A stretch of 39,219 nucleotides of DNA from an uncultured Eubacteriales bacterium. Lineage in GTDB: Bacteria; Bacillota; Clostridia; Oscillospirales; CAG-272. Below the pieces are notes generated by a model. It worked only from the letters and a program-made list of their open reading frames with translations. It had not been told where the DNA came from and searched no databases. Position 1 is the first letter of the stretch. Each line of letters opens with the position of its first letter. Both the position numbers and the translations under genes were made by a program. Positions 1-6,631 of the stretch are shown here, in pieces. Location: NCBI GenBank assembly GCA_934477985.1, contig CAKSOR010000001.1, positions 1 to 39,219 of the forward strand. The letters run 5' to 3'.

Positions 1-148
1 TCATTTTGCCTGGCAAACGCAAAGTCATCGGTATTACCCACGTGCTCCGCGTTTGCCAACAATATATACTTCTTCAGCTCTTCACGAGTTGGCAAAGCCA
101 ACTCGCCTTACTTCTTACTTCGAGCGACGCGAAGCGGAGCGAGGCTGC

Positions 149-922
149 TTATCTGTTATTGGTATGCCCGTTCTTATAGACTTCCCTGAACCTCGTCGGC
201 GTGATACCCTCGTGGTACGCGAAGAACTTCAGAAACAGCTTGACGTCGGCAAATCCCCCGCGGTCGGCTATCTCGGTCAGCGTGAACTCCCTCTCGGTCA
301 GCAGAAACTTCAGGTAGTCCATCCGCCGATCCACAATCATCTGCTTCAGCCCGCTTCCGTACTTCCGCCGCAGAAGCCGCGAGATGTACTCCTCGTTGTA
401 CCCGAACCGCTCCGATACGTCCACCGAGTTTATCTGCCGGTCGGAATTTATCCTCACCCATTCGACCACCTTCTCAGCGAGCGAATCGGGTGAGACTCTT
501 TTTATATTCTGCGACTCAATCTCGGCGTTCAGCACACACAGAAGACTGTCCATCACCTCCGCGCCCGGGCGCTTCTCCGCGTAGTGCAGTATCTGCCTGC
601 ACAAGAGCGTCACCGAATACACGTCTCCAAGACGCAGATGCCTTATCCCGGCGTCCACGCCCTCCGGCAGCCAGAAATGCAGCCAGTAGAACGACACCCT
701 CTCGTCTGAGTTTCCCACCCCGCGGTGCTGCCGCTTCGCGTCGATATAGAGTATGTCCCCCGCCTCGAGCTCGAACAGCTCGCTTCCCTCCTCATAGTCG
801 ACCTCTAACTTGAAGCTCCCCTCGGTCACCACAATAAGCTCGGTCGTTTTGTTCTTACTTTCGGGATGAATCCATTCGTTCCGGGACGTAAACTTTCCCG
901 CGTTGCAGAATCTGCCTTTCAT
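149..922 (-). CDS. AraC-family transcriptional regulator (cupin-like sensor half plus C-terminal AraC HTH)
   Basis: Track ORF 149..1042 trimmed to Met41 (ATG 922-920). An AGGAG lies about 14 nt upstream, which is long spacing, so the start is moderately sure. The N-terminal half is cupin-like (AGDILYIDAKRQHRGV). The C-terminus carries the AraC double HTH (YISRLLRRKYGSGLKQMIVDRRMDYLKFLL...GGFADVKLFLKFFAYHEGITPTRFR). Stop is TAA. Confidence 0.85.
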   Translation of the reverse strand: MKGRFCNAGKFTSRNEWIHPESKNKTTELIVVTEGSFKLEVDYEEGSELFELEAGDILYIDAKRQHRGVGNSDERVSFYWLHFWLPEGVDAGIRHLRLGDVYSVTLLCRQILHYAEKRPGAEVMDSLLCVLNAEIESQNIKRVSPDSLAEKVVEWVRINSDRQINSVDVSERFGYNEEYISRLLRRKYGSGLKQMIVDRRMDYLKFLLTEREFTLTEIADRGGFADVKLFLKFFAYHEGITPTRFREVYKNGHTNNR

Positions 923-959
923 AAGTCGATTTTTTTCTCCTTTTGTACGGGTTTTGGGG

Positions 960-988
960 TTGAAATCGCCAAAAAAATATTGTATAAT
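960..988 (+). promoter_or_regulatory. Sigma70-type promoter for the GH127 gene: TTGAAA (960-965), 17 nt, extended TGTATAAT (981-988)
   Basis: Hexamers and the 17-nt spacing were read directly from the sequence. It sits about 70 nt upstream of ATG 1057. An alternative -35 TTGACA at 1012-1017 has only a poor -10 (CATACA). Confidence 0.5.
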
Positions 989-989
989 A

Positions 990-1018
990 ATTATAGCACA
1001 CAAAAACGCGTTTGACAA
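990..1018 (-). promoter_or_regulatory. Sigma70-type promoter for the AraC gene (minus strand): TTGTCA (1018-1013), 17 nt, TATAAT (995-990)
   Basis: Read on the reverse complement. Its -10 box is 1 nt away from the opposing plus-strand -10, giving the palindrome TATAAT-A-ATTATA at 983-995. Confidence 0.5.
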
Positions 1019-1056
1019 GTGCATTTTAAATCTTCCATACACAAGGAGAAAAAATC

Positions 1057-2886
1057 ATGACAAATTACCTCCCCCATGATCACATCCGCCTCACCTCCGG
1101 CTTCTGGCGCGAAAAGCAGAACCTCATCCGCAAGACCACCATCTGGAACGTCTACAAGCGCTTCAAGGACACCGGTCGCTTCGACGCCTTCAAGCTTGAC
1201 TGGAAGGAGGGCATGCCCAACAAGCCCCATATCTTCTGGGACTCCGACATCGCCAAGTGGCTTGAGTCGGTCGCTTACCTCACGAAGGAATCCCCCGAGC
1301 CCGAGCTCGAAAAAATAGTCGACGAGGTCGTCGACGACATCGCCCGCGGTCAGCTCGACGACGGCTACTTCAACATATACTACCAGCTCTTCGACATTGA
1401 GCACCGCTTCAGCTTCCGCGGTCAGCACGAGCTCTACTGCGCCGGACACCTCATCGAGGCGGCGATTGCCTATGACGACGCGACCGGCAAGCACAAGTTC
1501 CTCGAGGTCATGCTGAAATACGCCGCGCTTATAAAGAAGGTTTTCATGATCGACCACTCGGCGACCTACGACGCGCCGGGGCACGAGGAGATTGAGCTCG
1601 CGCTTGTCAAGCTCTACGACTACACAAAGGATCGCCAGTGGCTCGATCTCGCGCTCTGGTTCATCAACGCGCGCGGTCCGCAGGGCAAGCAGCAGCCGGG
1701 TGACAACTACCACCGCGGAACCAACATCCAGGATCACGCGCCGGTGCGCGAGCAGTTCACCGCCGAGGGTCACTGTGTCCGCGCCTGCTACCTCTACTGC
1801 GCGATGGCTGACCTCGCGCTCCGCGAGAACGACGCTGAGCTGAAGAAGGCCTGCGACAGCATCTACGCCGACATAACGAACTCCAAGATGTACATCACCG
1901 GCTCGATCGGCTCGACAAAGAACGCCGAGGCTTTCGAGGACGCCTACAGACTCCCGAACGACACGGCTTACGGCGAGACCTGCGCGGCGCTGGCGCTGGC
2001 GCTCTTCGCGCGCAGAATGGAGCGGATGGACGCCGACGCGAAGTACGCCGACACGGTCGAGCGGGTCATCTACAACGGCTTTTTGTCCGGACTCTCGCTT
2101 GACGGAAAGTCCTTCTTCTACGAGAACGCGCAGGAAATCGACCTTGAGAACCGCGGGATTGTCCGCGCTTCGCTCCACGCCAACCGCGACATCCACTTCC
2201 CGATCACCGAGCGCGTCGAGGTCTTCAGCTGCTCCTGCTGCCCGCCGAATGTCACGAGATTCATTCCGTCGATCGGCGACTTCCTCTACAACTTCACAGA
2301 GGATACCGTCTACATAAACCAGTACATGGCGTCCGAGGCTGATTTCGGAGACTATAAGATCACTCAGGAGACGAACTATCCGTTCGACGGACATGTAAGC
2401 GTAAAGTGCACGGCGGCAAAGAAGCTCGCGCTCAGGATTCCGTCCTGGTGCACTGTCTGGACGCTCAGAAAGAACGGCAAGCCGGTGAACGCCGAGGTTG
2501 TGAACGGCTTCGCCAAGGTCGACTCGACGGCGGGCGACGAAATCACGCTCGACCTTGTCATCGCTCCGAAGGTCGTCAGAGCCGACCGCAGAGTCAGAGT
2601 CGACCGCGGAATGAAGGCGGTCACCTACGGACCGTTCGTGATGTGCCTTGAGGGCGTCGACAACGGCGGCAGACTCGCTGACGTCGAGCTCACCGATAAT
2701 TTTACAGTCGGACGCGACGAGGAGCTCGGACTTCCCTGCGTCTATTGCGGCGCGGTCAGAGTCGACACTGACTCGCTCTACTCGGACAATGTCTCCGAAA
2801 AGCCGTTCAGGGCGAAGCTGATACCGTATTTCGCGTTCGCGAACCGCGGCGAGTGCGATATGAGAATCTGGAACGTTATCCGCTGA
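1057..2886 (+). CDS. Glycoside hydrolase family 127 (DUF1680), non-reducing-end beta-L-arabinofuranosidase-like
   Basis: 609-aa ORF with AGGAGA 8 nt upstream. The N-terminus LTSGFWREKQ, the (alpha/alpha)6 segment HELYCAGHLIEAA and the Cys cluster FSCSCCPPN match the GH127 fold and its Zn/Cys-nucleophile motif as I remember them. Stop is TGA. Confidence 0.88.
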   Translation: MTNYLPHDHIRLTSGFWREKQNLIRKTTIWNVYKRFKDTGRFDAFKLDWKEGMPNKPHIFWDSDIAKWLESVAYLTKESPEPELEKIVDEVVDDIARGQLDDGYFNIYYQLFDIEHRFSFRGQHELYCAGHLIEAAIAYDDATGKHKFLEVMLKYAALIKKVFMIDHSATYDAPGHEEIELALVKLYDYTKDRQWLDLALWFINARGPQGKQQPGDNYHRGTNIQDHAPVREQFTAEGHCVRACYLYCAMADLALRENDAELKKACDSIYADITNSKMYITGSIGSTKNAEAFEDAYRLPNDTAYGETCAALALALFARRMERMDADAKYADTVERVIYNGFLSGLSLDGKSFFYENAQEIDLENRGIVRASLHANRDIHFPITERVEVFSCSCCPPNVTRFIPSIGDFLYNFTEDTVYINQYMASEADFGDYKITQETNYPFDGHVSVKCTAAKKLALRIPSWCTVWTLRKNGKPVNAEVVNGFAKVDSTAGDEITLDLVIAPKVVRADRRVRVDRGMKAVTYGPFVMCLEGVDNGGRLADVELTDNFTVGRDEELGLPCVYCGAVRVDTDSLYSDNVSEKPFRAKLIPYFAFANRGECDMRIWNVIR

Positions 2887-2926
2887 AATACGCAAAAAAG
2901 TTTACAGCAGAGACTTTCTAAAGCAC

Positions 2927-2955
2927 TTGACTTTCCGGGCGTTTCATGGTAGAAT
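2927..2955 (+). promoter_or_regulatory. Sigma70-type promoter of the RSH cassette: TTGACT (2927-2932), 17 nt, extended TGG-TAGAAT (2947-2955)
   Basis: Read directly. It is followed by GGGAGG (2975-2980) 5 nt before ATG 2986. Confidence 0.6.
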
Positions 2956-2985
2956 ATCATCATTCCAACGTGCCGGGAGGAAAAC

Positions 2986-3600
2986 ATGACAGAGGATCTG
3001 CTTCTGATGAACGGACTGTCGACTCAGATACTGGAGCGGCTGTCGTATGAATCCCACCTCGGGAAGTCGCTCAAGTACAACCTTCACCACTTTGATAAGG
3101 AAGCGCTGCTGAACGAGCTGTTCGATATGACAAAATGGCTGCGCAAACAGAGCGTTTTAGATGAGATCGCACTGGACTACCGCATCAAGAGTATCGGTTC
3201 TATCACTCTTAAATATGAACGCTACTACCCTGACAGGCAGGTGCGCAAGACCTTCAACGATATTCTCGGGTTCAGGGCGTTCTGCGACGACTACCGGGAG
3301 CTTATCTGTCAGGACAGCGACGTATTCCGCGTAGTAGACATGTCGGACGGAAAGTCATCCGATGACGGCTACCGTGGTGTTCACCTGTACTATCAGTTGG
3401 ATAACCGCCACTACCCGATAGAGGTGCAGTTCAACACGCTCTATGACCGGCAGATGAACAACTGGCTTCACGATTATCTCTACAAAAAGGGTTATCCGGA
3501 CGAGGTCGGCAGAGAACTGCGTGAACGCTACGAAGAAGGCAGAATCCACAGTAAAGATGATTTTGAGGAGGAGTTAAACGATGTGCTACGTGCTCGCTAA
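2986..3600 (+). CDS. Stand-alone RelA/SpoT-homologue (RSH) synthetase-domain protein; small alarmone synthetase / toxSAS-like
   Basis: 204 aa. The motif order matches the RelA_SpoT synthetase domain of RelQ/RelP-type proteins: YRIKSIGSITLKYERY, DILGFRAFC (G-loop Asp), DDGYRGVHLYY, IEVQFNTLYDRQMNNWLHDYLYKK (the ExQxRT...H...YK block with Arg replaced by Asn). There is no hydrolase or regulatory domain. It has its own promoter and a strong RBS, and is visibly more AT-rich than its neighbours. Confidence 0.8.
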   Translation: MTEDLLLMNGLSTQILERLSYESHLGKSLKYNLHHFDKEALLNELFDMTKWLRKQSVLDEIALDYRIKSIGSITLKYERYYPDRQVRKTFNDILGFRAFCDDYRELICQDSDVFRVVDMSDGKSSDDGYRGVHLYYQLDNRHYPIEVQFNTLYDRQMNNWLHDYLYKKGYPDEVGRELRERYEEGRIHSKDDFEEELNDVLRAR

Positions 3601-3805
3601 AGACAGGAACAAACACGGCTGTGTCGCGCTCAAGACCAGAATCGGCGAAGAGCTTTCCGAGCTGGTAGTCGAGCTTGACGCGCTCGCGCCGCACAAGGGC
3701 ATCGAGATCGTCACGATCAGCCGCCCCACCGCCTACGGCGAATACGCGCCCTACTCCTTCGTCCAGACCGCCGATGAGCTTAAAGAAGCCGTAAAACGGA
3801 TGTAA
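3581..3805 (+). CDS. 74-aa hypothetical protein translationally coupled to the RSH gene (candidate cognate antitoxin)
   Basis: The ATG at 3581 overlaps the last 20 nt of the RSH CDS. GAGGAGGAG (3565-3573) lies 7 nt upstream, inside the RSH coding sequence. No family recognised. A strong terminator follows immediately. Confidence 0.6.
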   Translation: MCYVLAKDRNKHGCVALKTRIGEELSELVVELDALAPHKGIEIVTISRPTAYGEYAPYSFVQTADELKEAVKRM

Positions 3806-3812
3806 AACAACC

Positions 3813-3849
3813 AAAAGGGGCTGTCGCTTTTGCGACTGCCCCCTTTTTT
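3813..3849. terminator. Bidirectional rho-independent terminator between convergent genes
   Basis: GGGGCTGTCGC / GCGACTGCCCC stem (11 bp, one mismatch) with a TTTT loop. It is flanked by an A-run (3813-3816) and a T-run (3844-3849). The T-run overlaps the stop codon of the minus-strand SBP gene. Confidence 0.7.
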
Positions 3850-5305
3850 ACTTCATCTCACGATAAACCTTGTTTATCTCCTCAATCTTCGCTATCGCCG
3901 AGGACTCATTCTCCGCGTATACAGACGCGAAACTGTGACCTTCTGTCTGCGCGAGCTTCCACCCTATGGAATTGATCGCGGACGGTATCACGGCATTGTC
4001 GTAGAAATACCCGATGTCAAAAACGCGACCGTCACGAATGAGGTCGAGCATCTGCACCGACTCGTCATCGCGCGAATACTTCGTCTGCAAAGCAACCTCG
4101 TAATACTGCGGCATAACCGTCTTGCTTCCCTCCGCGCAAAGCGCTTCGAGAACGATCGAGACACGGTCAGGGTCGGCGACACTTATCGGCACGCCGATAA
4201 GATTACAGCCCGCGTCGACATTTGTGTAATACTTTTCATCGCTCTCGTCGAACTTCGGCCATGGAATTATTCCGAAATCCGACTTCATATCACGCATCAA
4301 GTCAAGCGTCTTGATATTGCCGTCAAGGAACATCGCCCGGTCTTCGGCAAATGTCCGCGCCTTAACATCAGCATTGCCGTCCGCAAGGATTATGTGTCCC
4401 GCGTCGCTGTCGGTGAACGCGAAATATTTATCAAAGATGTCGACTGTCCGCTCGGTGTTCAGCGTAAGCGTGAGCTCGTCGTTCCCATCCTTTTCACAGA
4501 TACGCTGACCGCCGGTATAAAGCACCTGAATTGGTCCGATCCACCAGCTTGTAAGGTAACCGACACGGTCGTTCTCGAAATCAATCTTACCATCGCCATT
4601 GAGGTTGCGCGTGCCCTGCTTTGCGAGCTTTCCGAATTCGTCGAATGTCCATTTTCCTGATTTTACCATGTCATACGGTTCGTCGAGCTTCAGCTCCCTG
4701 AAGATATGCTTGTTGTAGAACATACCATTAGCCGCGCCGAGATTGAGGTGGCAGATGTCTCCGGAGCAGGTAAACAGCTTGTGCGCTACTGAGAGACTTT
4801 CACGCGAGTCCTGATTCCACCAGGGCTTATCGAGGTCAATGTATTTCAATTCATTGTTCCATTCAAGGAGCAGGCTGTTCTGCGCGTAGCTTGAGATCTT
4901 GCGCGCGTGGCAGAGCAGCATGTCGTATGAATCATCTCCGGCGAGAATCACGCTTGTCGCGTCGGTCGCGTAGACATTCGCCGAGCGGACTATCCGGAAC
5001 TCGATTCCGAAGCGCTCAGCAACCTTCTGATTGCGCTCGTAGACAGCGTCATTCATGATGTCACCGGTCGTCGATTCGACATACATGTCCGCGATGAAGC
5101 CGTCATCGTCGCGCACGAACATCGTGAATGCCGCGCCTTCATAGTCGATCTCGGGCAGATCGTCGGATATTTCCGTTTCGACCGCCTCGGTCGTTGTGTC
5201 GCCGGATGGAGACGCGGTGGTTTCGTCGGGAGCGGCTTCGCCGCCGCAGGAAAATGCCGAGAGGAGGATTGCAAAGAGTAATGCCAGGGAGATGAATTTT
5301 TTCAT
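3848..5305 (-). CDS. Extracellular solute-binding lipoprotein (ABC-transporter family-1 sugar/oligosaccharide SBP)
   Basis: 485 aa. Lipoprotein signal MKKFISLALLFAILLSAFSCGG. The acidic Thr/Glu-rich linker and overall size and composition are typical of Clostridial oligosaccharide SBPs. No permease or ATPase genes are adjacent. Confidence 0.8.
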   Translation of the reverse strand: MKKFISLALLFAILLSAFSCGGEAAPDETTASPSGDTTTEAVETEISDDLPEIDYEGAAFTMFVRDDDGFIADMYVESTTGDIMNDAVYERNQKVAERFGIEFRIVRSANVYATDATSVILAGDDSYDMLLCHARKISSYAQNSLLLEWNNELKYIDLDKPWWNQDSRESLSVAHKLFTCSGDICHLNLGAANGMFYNKHIFRELKLDEPYDMVKSGKWTFDEFGKLAKQGTRNLNGDGKIDFENDRVGYLTSWWIGPIQVLYTGGQRICEKDGNDELTLTLNTERTVDIFDKYFAFTDSDAGHIILADGNADVKARTFAEDRAMFLDGNIKTLDLMRDMKSDFGIIPWPKFDESDEKYYTNVDAGCNLIGVPISVADPDRVSIVLEALCAEGSKTVMPQYYEVALQTKYSRDDESVQMLDLIRDGRVFDIGYFYDNAVIPSAINSIGWKLAQTEGHSFASVYAENESSAIAKIEEINKVYREMK

Positions 5306-5366
5306 TGTGCGCTGATCCTTTCTTTAATTTTCTGATTGTCGGTTTGTTGGCGCGCCCACGGCGCGT

Positions 5367-6584
5367 TCAGTTATAGTGAACTCCGAATTTTGCCTTGCAG
5401 ACCTCCGAGAGGTCGGGTTCGCCCCAGGACTTGTTGTAACCTGTGAAGCCGAGTACTTCGGGCGTGCGGTAGTCGGGCAGATTGTCGCGCGCGGTCAGCT
5501 CCTCGCGTATCGCCTGGAGATACCTGAAGCCGTACTCGACCGACGGCGAGATATAATGTCCCTCGTCCCACTCGTTCCAGTTGTCGATCATGAATATTTT
5601 CTTTCCCCAAGCGCCTTCGGGGAGCTTGTCAGCCGCCGCCTTCATTCGTCTGATGACCTTCCGGAAGCCGTCGGGAGTCAGATGATAGGGCGTCTCGCGC
5701 TCGAAATTGAAGCCCATGCTGTCCCAGTGCGGCGTGCAGCGCGGCGCGGCGTCGCGGAAGCAGGTCGCGGTCGGTATAGTCCGCATCGGGTCGCACTCAA
5801 AGCGCTTCTCGAGGATTCCGCACTGCCCTTCGATAATCTCGTCGTCGGGCGGAAGCGCGTCCTTCGGCGAATATCCGGCGTTGTAGCCGAAGTGGAAGTC
5901 ATATCCGTGCTCCACGCAGCTCTCGTAAACCCCGGGCGCGACGCCGTAGTTCCAGACGCAGGTCGCGATGATAAGCCCGCCGAAGCCGCGCGCTTTCAGG
6001 TACTCGCGGCACTTGTCGAAGATTTCGCGCTGATTCTCAACCGGCGCCAAATCCTCGTCCATCTCGTTCTTTCCGCAGACGAAGAGCACGGGCTTATCGT
6101 CGATTTTCAGATAGTTCTCGCGCGAGAAGTAGTTGTCGACCCAGAACGGCAGGAGGTTGTTCATCAGGTCGTCGGGCGAAGTCCCGCCCCAGCGCGCTCT
6201 GGCGTTTTCGTACATAATCGCGAACTTCATGTATTTCTGAAATTTCGCGTTGAAGAGCGCCTCGTGCAGTCCGTGACCGCAGCGGATTTTGTCGACCGTG
6301 ACCGGCTTTCCGACGTTTTCCTTGAGTCTGTACCAGCAGTGGATAAAGCAGTTCACGCCGTGCTCGACAGCCCACTTTATCTCCCAGTCGCAGACATCGG
6401 GGTTCTCCTCGTCGTAGTAGCCCATCAGCGGCGTGCGCTCGGGGTAGCCGTGCAGGTCGTCGAAGCCGCCGTGTATCTGAGCCGCGCCCTTCTTCCAGGC
6501 GGGATAATAGTGCGCCGCGACAATCCGGTCGGTCGAAGCCGGCATCGGGGTCGGTATCGAGTCAGAGAGTCTGATATTGTACAT
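5367..6584 (-). CDS. WbsX-like / GH99-like TIM-barrel protein (putative glycosidase); cytoplasmic
   Basis: 405 aa with AGGAG 6 nt upstream of the ATG. AAHYYPAWKK...PLMGYYDEENPDVCDWEIKWAVEHGVNCFIHCWY resembles the WbsX family signature (YYLPQFH...LGYYDL...GIDGFCYYHYWF). The family call is from memory and is not firm. Confidence 0.6.
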   Translation of the reverse strand: MYNIRLSDSIPTPMPASTDRIVAAHYYPAWKKGAAQIHGGFDDLHGYPERTPLMGYYDEENPDVCDWEIKWAVEHGVNCFIHCWYRLKENVGKPVTVDKIRCGHGLHEALFNAKFQKYMKFAIMYENARARWGGTSPDDLMNNLLPFWVDNYFSRENYLKIDDKPVLFVCGKNEMDEDLAPVENQREIFDKCREYLKARGFGGLIIATCVWNYGVAPGVYESCVEHGYDFHFGYNAGYSPKDALPPDDEIIEGQCGILEKRFECDPMRTIPTATCFRDAAPRCTPHWDSMGFNFERETPYHLTPDGFRKVIRRMKAAADKLPEGAWGKKIFMIDNWNEWDEGHYISPSVEYGFRYLQAIREELTARDNLPDYRTPEVLGFTGYNKSWGEPDLSEVCKAKFGVHYN

Positions 6585-6631
6585 ATGTCGCTCCTGTTCA
6601 CCCGGCGATCTTTACGACCGCCGGGATTATT

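Noticed and set aside
1-148. Possible gene fragment running off the left edge, and a 9-bp hairpin CGAGTTGGC/GCCAACTCG at 85-105
   Set aside because: Only about 9-13 codons are visible for any candidate start (ATG 28 or GTG 42 on the minus strand), which is too little to support a call. The hairpin lies downstream of the AraC stop but lacks a T-run, so I do not call it a terminator.
991-2895. 634-aa ORF antisense to the GH127 gene
   Set aside because: It has an Arg/Val/Asp/Glu/Ala-dominated, low-complexity composition, which is typical of a GC-rich shadow frame. It has no RBS. The opposite strand encodes a protein with clear GH127 motifs.
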